Assembly (NCBI GenBank): GCA_963678765.2
Contig: CAXXVM010000001.1
Span: 179,165-243,164, forward strand
Direction of reading: 5' to 3'
DNA from: Sphaerochaetaceae bacterium
Lineage (GTDB): Bacteria > Spirochaetota > Spirochaetia > Sphaerochaetales > Sphaerochaetaceae
Length of the DNA: 64,000 bases
The number at the start of each line of letters is the position of its first letter. Position 1 is the stretch's first letter. Shown here piece after piece: positions 38,184 to 47,063 of the stretch. Made by a program: the position numbers and the translations under genes. Under the pieces are notes generated by a model. That model ran no database searches. It was not told where the DNA came from and was given only the letters and a program-made list of their open reading frames with translations.

Positions 38184-38534
38184 ACATTCAACCTCATTAA
38201 GTAATAATATTATGTAATAAAAAGAATATTCAAGAGATATAAAAATATTAGAGTAGCTTTTAAACAATTTTAGGTAAATTGAAAAATAAGAGTGGTAAAA
38301 TTATAACTCTAATTGCGATAAACTAAAAAAAATGGAGTATTTTTTTTGAGAAATAGTAAAAGTAAAATACAAAAATAAATCTCCCACATAGAATAAATCT
38401 ACATGAGAGAATCTCATTACTCAATGTAAATAAAGAAAAACGACTTCTTTATTTACATATGTCAATTATAATACTAGTTCTTTTGCATTACAAGTTTTGT
38501 AAGTTCAATTACATATTTCTACATAATAAAAAGA

Positions 38535-41096
38535 TTATTTTCTTTTCTTCTTATTATATGGAGTTTGTTCTAGAGGTAATGAGGTTCTAAAAATACCATC
38601 ATCTTTATAGTAAGCCATTTGTGCTGCTGGAGCTGATGGAATAGTTGATAACTCACCTACACCTTTTGCACCATAAGAATAATTAGTCTTACCAGGGCCT
38701 TTAGCAAATAACATTTCAATTTCAGGAACTTGTGTAGATCTAAGAAGACCTAAAGTACCATACTTAACTTTAAGATAGCCGCCATCTACTACTAGATCTT
38801 CAGTTAAACCATAACCTAGACCCATAGCAACACCACCTTCAATTTGTCCTTCAATTGCAGTTGGGTTAACAACTGTACCAACATCACAACAAATAGTAGT
38901 TTTAGCCACTTTCTTATCTTCTCCAAGTTCTACAACTTGAGCTGAATAACTATATGCTACGTGAGATACAGGATGTTCTTTTGTTGATGTAATCTTATCT
39001 GTATTAAAGATAAATTCACCATTAAATTCACGTCCCTCTAACTCTTCAAGAGTATTAGTCTTTAAAGCTTCATTTAATTCTGTAGCAGCTCTTTTAATAG
39101 CTTCACCGGTAAATACAGTCTGACGACTTGCAGTACTTGTTCCACTATCTGGAGTACGAGATGTATCTGGAGCTTCAACAATTACTTGAGATCTCTTAAT
39201 ATTACAAGTTTCACCTAGCATCTGCTGAGCCATTGTTGCAATACCTTGTCCCATACAAGCAGCACTAGTTCTAATGTGAACAATGCCATCTTCAATAGAT
39301 AAAATACATCTACCGGCATCAGGAAGTCCTACACCAATACCACTGTTCTTAAATGAAATTGCAAAACCATTATTAGGTTTGTTATAATAAGCATCTTTAA
39401 CTTTTTCGATACATTCTCTAATACCACAATCAACTCCTGCGATTTGACCATTAGGCATTGTATCTCCAGGTTTTAATGCATTCATATATTTAAATTCATA
39501 AGGATCCATTCCAACTTTTTCAGCAAGAAGGTTCAAGTTTGCTTCGATTGCGAAACAACTTTGAGTTACACCAAAACCTCTGAAGGCACCGGCTGGAACA
39601 TTATTTGTATAAATAGCTTTACCAATAACATCAATGTTTTGATAATTATATGGACCTGATGCATGTGTACAAGCTCTCTGTAATACTGGACCACCTAATG
39701 ATGCATAAGCACCTGTGTTTGCAAGTATTGTAGCTCTCATACCCATGATTTTACCATTCTCATCACAACAAGTACTTACATCCATTTCCATTGGGTGTCT
39801 TTTTGGATGAACTGATAAACTCTCTTGTCTAGTTAAATGAAGTTTTACAGGACGTTTAGTAAGATAAGCCATTAATGCAGCATGGTGCTGAACACTCATA
39901 TCTTCTTTACCACCAAATCCACCACCAACTAATGCTGATTGAATATGAACTTTTTCTTGTGGTAACTGAAGCATTCTGCTTATTTCACGTTGTTCGTCAT
40001 ATATTGATTGACCTGATGTATATAAGAATACACCATCACCTTCTGGTTTAGCTATTGCACATTCAACTTCCATAAATGCATGTTCTGTATAAGGAACACT
40101 ATAGTGATTTGTAACACTATATTTAGCATTTTTAAAAGCTTCATCTACATCACCTCTTGAAATGTGTTCTACACAAAGAACATTTCCATTTTCATGAACT
40201 GAAGGAGCATCACTCTCTAGAGCTTTTTCAATAGTATCTACTACAGGTAATACCTCATATTCTATATCAATTAAATTCATAATCTCATCAAGACTATCAA
40301 AATTAGTTGAAGCTATGATAGCAATACCATCACCAATATATCTTGTGATATCGCCCTCTGCAATTAATACATCCCAGTCATGAACAATATGACCTAGTTT
40401 ATTTTCAGGAACGTCTTTTGCAGTTGCAATATAAACACAATCAGGGTGATTATTAGCATTAGTTAAATCTAGTTTAACAACTTTTGCTCTTGGGTAAGCA
40501 CTTCTTAATACTTTGCAATAAAGCATTCCATCTAGATAAATATCATCGGTATAAACACCCTTACCAAGAGCTTTTTCAATAGCATCTGGTCTTGTGTATC
40601 TCATATCGATTCTTGGTTCATCATCTAATGATGGGATTTCAATATTCTCTCTAAAATATTTAGCACAATCTAAAATTGCTTGTTCAATCTTTTTATAACC
40701 TGTACATCTACAGATATTACCTTGAATGCATTTTCTAACTTCTTCAAGGGTTGGATTTAGATTAACATCTAAAAGAGATTTTGCGCTCATTACCATACCT
40801 GGTGTACAGAATCCACATTGGACTGCACCAGCTTTTGCAAAGCAATAACCATAAACATCTTGTTCCCTTTCACTTAAACCTTCGATAGTAACAATACTTT
40901 TACCATCAAGCTTTGAAGTCTTGGGAATACATGCTTTCATTTTTTTTCCGTCGATAATTACAGTGCAAGTGCCGCAGGCACCTTCACTACATCCGTCTTT
41001 TGAACCGTATAGTTTTAAATTTTCTCGTAGAAACCTGAGTAAGCTTTTATCTATGTCTGTTGAAATATTTTTTCCATTGACGCTAAAAGTATGCAC
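38535..41096 (-). CDS. molybdopterin-dependent aldehyde oxidoreductase / xanthine dehydrogenase family (single-chain Mop type: 2x[2Fe-2S] + Mo domains, no FAD domain)
   Basis: Ferredoxin-type CSEGACGTCTV, second cluster CGFCTPG...CRCTGY, then about 700 aa of Mo-binding domains (GGGFGGKE). GTG start at 41096, 6 nt after AGGAGGA. Confidence 0.85.
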   Translation of the reverse strand: MHTFSVNGKNISTDIDKSLLRFLRENLKLYGSKDGCSEGACGTCTVIIDGKKMKACIPKTSKLDGKSIVTIEGLSEREQDVYGYCFAKAGAVQCGFCTPGMVMSAKSLLDVNLNPTLEEVRKCIQGNICRCTGYKKIEQAILDCAKYFRENIEIPSLDDEPRIDMRYTRPDAIEKALGKGVYTDDIYLDGMLYCKVLRSAYPRAKVVKLDLTNANNHPDCVYIATAKDVPENKLGHIVHDWDVLIAEGDITRYIGDGIAIIASTNFDSLDEIMNLIDIEYEVLPVVDTIEKALESDAPSVHENGNVLCVEHISRGDVDEAFKNAKYSVTNHYSVPYTEHAFMEVECAIAKPEGDGVFLYTSGQSIYDEQREISRMLQLPQEKVHIQSALVGGGFGGKEDMSVQHHAALMAYLTKRPVKLHLTRQESLSVHPKRHPMEMDVSTCCDENGKIMGMRATILANTGAYASLGGPVLQRACTHASGPYNYQNIDVIGKAIYTNNVPAGAFRGFGVTQSCFAIEANLNLLAEKVGMDPYEFKYMNALKPGDTMPNGQIAGVDCGIRECIEKVKDAYYNKPNNGFAISFKNSGIGVGLPDAGRCILSIEDGIVHIRTSAACMGQGIATMAQQMLGETCNIKRSQVIVEAPDTSRTPDSGTSTASRQTVFTGEAIKRAATELNEALKTNTLEELEGREFNGEFIFNTDKITSTKEHPVSHVAYSYSAQVVELGEDKKVAKTTICCDVGTVVNPTAIEGQIEGGVAMGLGYGLTEDLVVDGGYLKVKYGTLGLLRSTQVPEIEMLFAKGPGKTNYSYGAKGVGELSTIPSAPAAQMAYYKDDGIFRTSLPLEQTPYNKKKRK

Positions 41097-41222
41097 AGCG
41101 TTTCCTCCTAGGCATAACACGTTGTGTCATAAAATCTGCGTGTCGCTTAGTCGTCCGAATTGAGGAGCAATTCTGTGATACAACGCTTCCTATATTGTTG
41201 CAAATTGATGCTCAAATGTCAA
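41097..41222 (-). promoter_or_regulatory. candidate structured 5' leader (possible riboswitch) of the molybdoenzyme gene
   Basis: G+C-enriched stretch inside a very AT-rich spacer. TTGACA at 41217-41222. CTCCT at about 41163-41169 is complementary to the AGGAG SD. AGCGTT/AACGCT and CACAG/CTGTG complementary pairs bracket the start codon. Confidence 0.3.
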
Positions 41223-41659
41223 GGAAATGCATGTTTTGAACATCGTTCCCATTATGTAAATTAATACAACTATTCAAATATAAAGCAAAATAAATTAGTA
41301 AAATATCATTTTTTATGTAATATTTTGATATTAACATCAATTATTGGCGTTTAAATGGTATAATAAATTTATTATATACCACTTAAAAGACTTTAATATT
41401 TTTTAAACGTGTTTATATTGCGGTAAGTTAGCCATATTTTAATGTAAAATTCTGTTAATTTAATGCTATATTTTTAGAAATCCATATTAATTTTTTAAGC
41501 TTATAGCTCATCCTATTCACTTTAAATTTACAATTTATACAAACACCAGAATGAATATATCATCTATATATTTGATTTGTAGCAAATATATTTATCTAGA
41601 TATAAAGTAAAACATAATATATGATAATTCTAGTGAACTAAAATAAAAAGGATAAGACA

Positions 41660-42877
41660 TTGTATAGAAAACTCTCAAAAGATATTTGGGCCTTAGCCCT
41701 AATTAATTTCATAAACGGTGTGGGTTCTTTTGTTTTTCCATTTCTAACACTTTTTATGACTGTAAAACTTGGATACTCTGTAGCTTATGCAGGATTTTTT
41801 ACCATGCTATCTTTAACTATGTATGCACCAGGTTCAATTATAAGTAGTAAATTTTCTGATAAATATCAAAGAAAAAAGATAATGATTCTAACGCAGATTC
41901 TTTGTGCACTGGCTATGATAGCTACAGGCCTTGCAATGGAACATAAAGAAATAGTTCCATATTTGTTACTATCAATATTTTTCTTTGATGGAGCAACTGA
42001 TCCGGCTAGAACAGCTATTCATGCAGATCATACTACCTTTAGTAATAGAAAAGAGGCCTATTCACTCTTCTATCTAGCCTTTAATATTGGATTTGCAATT
42101 GGCCCTATGATTGCAGGTTTCTTGTTTTATAAATATCCTCAAATGTTATTTATTGGAAATGGTCTTGTATCATTAATTGCAACTCTTTTAACAATTATAT
42201 TAATTGAAGATAAAAAGCCAACGGACGAGGAAATGCGATTAAGTATAGAAAATGATCAAAGTGATAAAGCTGTTGAAGGTTCAGTATTTAAGGCACTTAA
42301 GGAGAGACCTCTTCTTACTATTTATCTATTAATTTCATCAGCTTCAGGTATTGCAAGAGCTTTTATATTTTTTGCTATGCCACTCTTCTTTAACGAATTA
42401 TTTTCAAAACTTGGTCCAACCTATTATGGTTCTATAATGAGTATCAATGCAGTAACAGTTATTGTATTCACACCAATACTTGTAAAATTGTCAAATAATA
42501 AACATCCACTTCGAGATATTGTTATTTCATTTTTACTATATGCTATAAGCTATTTGGTAATGGGTTATACAACTACATACATATACTTTGCAACTCTTAT
42601 GATTTTATCTACAGTAGGTGAAGTTCTTAGTGCGACAAACTTTGAATACTTCTTTACTAACCAAACTCCTATGGGACACAGGGCAAGGTTTTCATCAATT
42701 AGAATAATATTAGAAGGTTCAGGTTTTGCACTGGGTCCACTTTTTGCAGGAATTATTATTAAAAATCATGGCTATACTTTTATTTTTGTAGCATCTGCTA
42801 TAATACTATTACTATGTGCAATAGCTCTAGAATTTCTACGAATGGCCTACAAGAGAAAAACTGGAAATAAATATTAA
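41660..42877 (+). CDS. MFS transporter
   Basis: 405 aa, about 12 TM segments in two halves joined by a charged central loop. The ORF track starts it at TTG. Confidence 0.75.
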   Translation: MYRKLSKDIWALALINFINGVGSFVFPFLTLFMTVKLGYSVAYAGFFTMLSLTMYAPGSIISSKFSDKYQRKKIMILTQILCALAMIATGLAMEHKEIVPYLLLSIFFFDGATDPARTAIHADHTTFSNRKEAYSLFYLAFNIGFAIGPMIAGFLFYKYPQMLFIGNGLVSLIATLLTIILIEDKKPTDEEMRLSIENDQSDKAVEGSVFKALKERPLLTIYLLISSASGIARAFIFFAMPLFFNELFSKLGPTYYGSIMSINAVTVIVFTPILVKLSNNKHPLRDIVISFLLYAISYLVMGYTTTYIYFATLMILSTVGEVLSATNFEYFFTNQTPMGHRARFSSIRIILEGSGFALGPLFAGIIIKNHGYTFIFVASAIILLLCAIALEFLRMAYKRKTGNKY

Positions 42878-42893
42878 TTAAAAAGGAAATGCT

Positions 42894-43334
42894 ATGAAAA
42901 AAAAACAATATACAATTGCAGTTATAGATGGACAGGGAGGCTCTCTTGGCAAAACGCTTGTTAAGAGAATAAAAAAAGAATTCCCAAATCTTTATGTATT
43001 AGCAATAGGAACAAACTCTCTTGCAACAAGTAATATGATTACAAGTTCTCCTGATGCAATTGCTACAGGAGAGAATCCTGTAATAGTTGGAGCAAAAAAT
43101 GCTGATATAATTATTGGGGCAATGGGAATCATAATTTCCGATGCCCTTCATGGTGAAATTACAGCAAAAATGGCAAATGCCATTGGCGGATCAGATGCTC
43201 ATAAGATATTAATTCCTATAAGTAAATGTAATATTAGCATCGCTGGAACAGAAAAAATAGGTGTAGAAAATCTAATAAAAGATTGCATGCAATTGATTAA
43301 AAACCAATTAATTGAGGATGGAATAAATTTTTAG
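42894..43334 (+). CDS. DUF3842-family protein
   Basis: IAVIDGQGGSLGK...LAIGTNSLATSNM...ATGENPV...HGEIT matches my memory of the conserved DUF3842 core. 146 aa, 16 nt after the MFS gene. Confidence 0.6.
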   Translation: MKKKQYTIAVIDGQGGSLGKTLVKRIKKEFPNLYVLAIGTNSLATSNMITSSPDAIATGENPVIVGAKNADIIIGAMGIIISDALHGEITAKMANAIGGSDAHKILIPISKCNISIAGTEKIGVENLIKDCMQLIKNQLIEDGINF

Positions 43335-43365
43335 TATTTAGTATAAATAGTTTTATTACCTTTTC

Positions 43366-43394
43366 TTGACAAAATTATTATTAACCCTTAGTAT
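43366..43394 (+). promoter_or_regulatory. sigma-70-like promoter ahead of the metal ABC operon
   Basis: TTGACA (43366-43371), a 17-nt spacer, then TAGTAT (43389-43394). Confidence 0.5.
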
Positions 43395-43401
43395 CAAATT
43401 A

Positions 43402-43419
43402 TGATTTCAGAAGAAATCA
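43402..43419. promoter_or_regulatory. palindromic operator candidate
   Basis: TGATTTC-AGAA-GAAATCA, perfect 7-bp arms, starting 8 nt after the -10 box. Flanked by AATTAT / ATAATT. Confidence 0.45.
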
Positions 43420-43445
43420 AATAATTATAAATTATTGTTTTTCTA

Positions 43446-43497
43446 TAGCCAGGAAGGCTTGACTTTAACTCGTCAACCCTTGCTGGTTATTTTTTTT
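43446..43497 (+). terminator. intrinsic terminator/attenuator abutting the ABC ATPase start codon
   Basis: CCAGGAAGGCTTGAC-TTTAACT-GTCAACCCTTGCTGG (15-bp stem with two mismatches) followed by TTATTTTTTTT. The T tract runs into the GGAG RBS, and the ATG lies at 43509. Confidence 0.6.
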
Positions 43498-43508
43498 GGA
43501 GTAAATCA

Positions 43509-44537
43509 ATGGATGTAATAAAAAGAGAGCTTAAAAATGGTGATACTTTGAATATATTTGAAGGAGATCAATTAATTTTTTCATCAAAGAGTAATTGGCT
43601 AAACCCATTATTTGAAGCTGATGAGTTCTTTAATTCTAGTCCAAATGAATACACAAACCTTAGTGCTCATGATACAGCCGGTGGAAAAGCAGCTGCGGCT
43701 CTTATGATTAGAATGAATATTAAAAGAGTTCATTTTGAAATTGTAAGCGAAAAAGCAGAAGATTTACTAAATGAATATAATATTGAATTAATCTATGATA
43801 ATAAAGTTGATAAATTACTTTGTATGACTGAAGATTTATTATCAGATGTAAATAATATTGATAGCATCTACTCTTTTTTAAGAGTTAAGGCGAAAAGAGT
43901 CTCCGGACTAAGTATTGATCTTAAAAATCTATCAATTGGATATAATAAAAAGGCAATTTACAAAAATCTTAATTTATCTATAAAAGCTGGAGAAGCTGTT
44001 ATAATTAATGGTGAGAACGGCGTTGGAAAAACAACTCTAATAAGAACTCTATTAGGCGAAATAGTACCTGTATCAGGTAGTATTAGTATTAATGATACAA
44101 ATATCAATAAAATTGAAAAAAGTACAATAGGATATATAAAACAAGAGAGTGAGAAGCAAAACTTCCCAACAAGTGTACGAGAAGTTGTAGAAATGGGAAT
44201 TAGAGAAAAACTTCCCAAGACAGAGAGAAATTACTTAATTGAAACTAGTCTTAGAAAATGTGGTGCAAACCATCTTATTGATAGAAATTACTATAATTTA
44301 TCTGGTGGTGAAAAACAAAGAGTATCCATAGCAAGAACTCTTGCTCAAAGAGCAAAGGTTCTACTCTTTGATGAGCCTACATCTTTTCTTGATAGAGAGA
44401 GTGAAATTGAATTAACTAAGATTCTACAGAGTTTAAACACAACTCAAATGCCAACTATTCTATGCATAACTCATGATGAAGAGTTGATTAAGAAATTAGA
44501 TTGGCGAGTTTATAAAATGGAGAGAAATAATGCTTAG
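43509..44537 (+). CDS. metal-type ABC transporter ATP-binding protein with N-terminal DUF1893 (TM1506-like) domain
   Basis: The C-terminal ~210 aa have Walker A GENGVGKTT, signature LSGGEKQR and Walker B LLFDEPTSFLD. The N-terminal ~130 aa carry HDTAGGKAAAALMI...VHFEIVSEKAEDLL...IELIYDNKV...LCMTEDL. Confidence 0.7.
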   Translation: MDVIKRELKNGDTLNIFEGDQLIFSSKSNWLNPLFEADEFFNSSPNEYTNLSAHDTAGGKAAAALMIRMNIKRVHFEIVSEKAEDLLNEYNIELIYDNKVDKLLCMTEDLLSDVNNIDSIYSFLRVKAKRVSGLSIDLKNLSIGYNKKAIYKNLNLSIKAGEAVIINGENGVGKTTLIRTLLGEIVPVSGSISINDTNINKIEKSTIGYIKQESEKQNFPTSVREVVEMGIREKLPKTERNYLIETSLRKCGANHLIDRNYYNLSGGEKQRVSIARTLAQRAKVLLFDEPTSFLDRESEIELTKILQSLNTTQMPTILCITHDEELIKKLDWRVYKMERNNA

Positions 44538-45363
44538 TCTATTATTACTTCCTCCTATGCTAAAAGCACTAATTGCTATCATATTTGGTGGTCTTGCCTT
44601 TCCTGCTTGTGGAGTTATGGTACTAAGATTAGACTTAGTTCCATTAAGATATGCTCTTATGCATGGTGTTATTTTAGGGGGTGCTATAGCACTTGCTATG
44701 CAACTTCCCTCTCTTCCCATAATCATAATCGTTAATTTATTAGTAGTAGTTCTAGTTTTAAATCTAAAAACTAATAATTCTGTCTCATCATCTGCTGCAA
44801 TGGTTTTTACAATGGGATTAGCATCATTAATCATGCATGTATTTGATGTTCCATCAAAGGATTCTCTTCAGATACTTTGGGGAAGTCCTTTTGCTCTTTC
44901 CTATTTTGATTTAGGAGTATTAATAAGTCTTTGCGTAATTTTACTTTTTTACATAATATATTTCTTTAAAGATATAATAGCACTCTTCTTTGATAGCGAT
45001 ATAGCAAGATCGCTTGGCCTTAATGTAAAACTACATTATACAATTATGGTTGTCTTGATTGCACTAACTGTAGCACTTGCCATGAGATTAATAGGAGCTC
45101 TATTAATTGATGCACTTCTTATACTTCCTGTACTCATAGCTTCTAAGTTTAGCAAAGGAACAAAAGAGTTGTTTATCAAATCATCTATCTGCGGGCTAAT
45201 AATATCGGTTGTAGGCTATTTCTTATCTCTGCTATATAATTTTCCACTTAGCGCTACCATTGCTTTGAGTGCAGCTCTTATGTACTTAGGCTTAACTATT
45301 ATTCAAAAATTTATTATCAACAAGAGGTTTAAAAATGAGAAAGATACTTTTATTATTAATTAG
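44530..45363 (+). CDS. ABC-3 family (ZnuB/TroC-like) metal transporter permease
   Basis: 277 aa, about 8 TM segments. Overlaps the ATPase gene by 8 nt. Confidence 0.75.
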   Translation: MLSLLLLPPMLKALIAIIFGGLAFPACGVMVLRLDLVPLRYALMHGVILGGAIALAMQLPSLPIIIIVNLLVVVLVLNLKTNNSVSSSAAMVFTMGLASLIMHVFDVPSKDSLQILWGSPFALSYFDLGVLISLCVILLFYIIYFFKDIIALFFDSDIARSLGLNVKLHYTIMVVLIALTVALAMRLIGALLIDALLILPVLIASKFSKGTKELFIKSSICGLIISVVGYFLSLLYNFPLSATIALSAALMYLGLTIIQKFIINKRFKNEKDTFIIN

Positions 45364-46105
45364 TTTTGCTTTAATAAGTAATTCTATATTTGCAAACGGA
45401 ATTAAAGAGGAAAACACAGTAGCAAAAATTACAGCATCAACAACTTGGACTGCTGCATTTGCACAACTAGGGGGACTTGATGATGTTACAAATATAGCCC
45501 CTGCAAATCTATCCCATCCACCAGAATATGAGGTATTACCCCAAGATATAAATAAAATTGTTCACTCAGATTTATTTATCTATGCAGGTTATGAGGGAAT
45601 GATGAAAAGTTTATCTCAGAATTTAATAGATGAATCAAAAATGGTAAAGATAACTACTACAAATGATTTAAAAAATGTAATTGAAACGGCTAATCAAATC
45701 AGTAAAATCTCTGGTACTGAAAATCTCAGTAAACAAAGAGTTGAAAAATATAAATCCCTAATTTATCAAACTAGAGAGTATGTAATTGATAATAATTTAG
45801 ATAAATTAAGATGCCTAGTAAATTTCCATCAAGTAGCTCTTGCTAAGGATTTAGGATTAAATGTTGTAAAGACTTTTGGTCCAGGTGAAATTACTCCATT
45901 TGATATTAAAGATGCAAGTGAAAACCATTATGATTTAATAATTGATAATGTTCATTCAATTATAAGTAATCCACTTTCAGAGGTATCTCCATCAACACCA
46001 GTAATTATATGGAGAAACTTTCCAGATACTATAGAAGCAAATGCGCTTTATAATATGGTATTTGATAATATTCAATTGTTAAAAGAATACGATAGAGAAA
46101 AATAA
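45335..46105 (+). CDS. ZnuA/TroA-like (cluster A) metal-binding periplasmic protein, short form
   Basis: Signal peptide MRKILLLLISFALISNSIFA. Segments LSHPPEYEVLPQD and NFHQVALAKDLGL resemble the His-containing metal-ligand segments of this family. Confidence 0.65.
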   Translation: MRKILLLLISFALISNSIFANGIKEENTVAKITASTTWTAAFAQLGGLDDVTNIAPANLSHPPEYEVLPQDINKIVHSDLFIYAGYEGMMKSLSQNLIDESKMVKITTTNDLKNVIETANQISKISGTENLSKQRVEKYKSLIYQTREYVIDNNLDKLRCLVNFHQVALAKDLGLNVVKTFGPGEITPFDIKDASENHYDLIIDNVHSIISNPLSEVSPSTPVIIWRNFPDTIEANALYNMVFDNIQLLKEYDREK

Positions 46106-46247
46106 AGACTAATAACTATTAGAGATTTACTCTGAGTTTGTATAACTAAGCCTTTATTCTATGTAAATATCATTAAAAATCTAATTAATGACGAATTAAG
46201 TATAAATACTTGCTAAGTGCTTGTAATTAGATTGGCGATAGGATACC

Positions 46248-46325
46248 TTAGCCACGTGGTAGTCCTGATTTTGCTTTTACTATTCGGCTAAATGGTAATT
46301 CAAAATGAGGGCTACTGCTTTTTTT
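46248..46325 (+). ncRNA. candidate structured RNA / complex terminator downstream of the metal ABC operon
   Basis: G+C-enriched island in an AT-rich spacer. TTAGCC (46248-53) pairs with GGCTAA (46286-91). GGTAGTCCT (46258-66) pairs with AGGGCTACT (46308-16, two G-U pairs). A T7 run follows at 46319-25. Confidence 0.25.
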
Positions 46326-46483
46326 ATGCAAATTATCTAATTTGTATTTCCCAAAAAATCATAAATCTCTTTTTACAATCAATTTAAATTTTAATAATAT
46401 CAAAAAGTGAATGAAAATAAAAAAGAGCCATTGCTTTGTAGTTAAACATCTCACAATAACTCTTTATTTATTATATGCAGAAA

Positions 46484-47053
46484 TTAGAAAACACTAATTG
46501 TTCCACTTTTTCCACTGCCATCAGTTTTAACAACCTTATAAGGAATTACTAATTGGCAATTGTACTTATTTGTCCAATCATCGATTAAATATCTATTTGT
46601 ACCGAATGTGTTATAGCTAAGACTATCCTCAGCAACATATTCTTCTTTATATGTGGTAGATGGATTAACTACGACATTAAGCGGGCTCAAATATTCCTCA
46701 CTACTCTTAGTTTGATTATATGTAACTATTTTTGAGATATTTCCTCTTTTAGTTAATACAGTTGCATTTTTAATATCTAATAAAATAGGTTCACCTGAAA
46801 TATTTTCAACTGTTATTGTTATTTTATTAGGTACAATAGCCATATCAACAATCACAGAAGAGTCTTCAAAATGATGAGTTTCTTTTGCATTGCTACTTGT
46901 TCTAGTTGTTGTACTAGCTTTTTCAGCATAAATACTGCTTTGTATTATTTCTCTATTTGTGGGACGACTCTCATAGTAGCCATCATAAAATAGACAAGAG
47001 GTAAATAGACTAGATATAAGAATACTTGCTATTAATAATTTCATTTTCTTCAT
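46484..47053 (-). CDS. hypothetical lipoprotein
   Basis: Lipobox LFTSC after MKKMKLLIASILISS. I chose the start at 47053 to avoid overlap with the upstream gene. Confidence 0.6.
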   Translation of the reverse strand: MKKMKLLIASILISSLFTSCLFYDGYYESRPTNREIIQSSIYAEKASTTTRTSSNAKETHHFEDSSVIVDMAIVPNKITITVENISGEPILLDIKNATVLTKRGNISKIVTYNQTKSSEEYLSPLNVVVNPSTTYKEEYVAEDSLSYNTFGTNRYLIDDWTNKYNCQLVIPYKVVKTDGSGKSGTISVF

Positions 47054-47063
47054 AAGTTTTTTC

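Noticed and set aside
38425-38459. Perfect 14-bp AT-rich inverted repeat ATGTAAATAAAGAA / TTCTTTATTTACAT downstream of the molybdoenzyme gene.
   Set aside because: It may act as a terminator hairpin, but no T tract follows on the minus strand and the stem is nearly pure A/T. I do not call it confidently.
41195-41215. TGAGCATCAATTTGCA upstream of the molybdoenzyme gene, resembling a -24/-12 promoter.
   Set aside because: At the correct 10-nt spacing, the position of the near-invariant GG reads GA. It therefore does not qualify as a sigma-54 promoter.
41355-41382. AT-rich near-palindrome GGTATAATAAATTTATTATATACC in the MFS / molybdoenzyme spacer.
   Set aside because: It is imperfect, with a 2-nt bulge, and is almost pure A/T in a very AT-rich spacer. 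Such symmetry is expected by chance.
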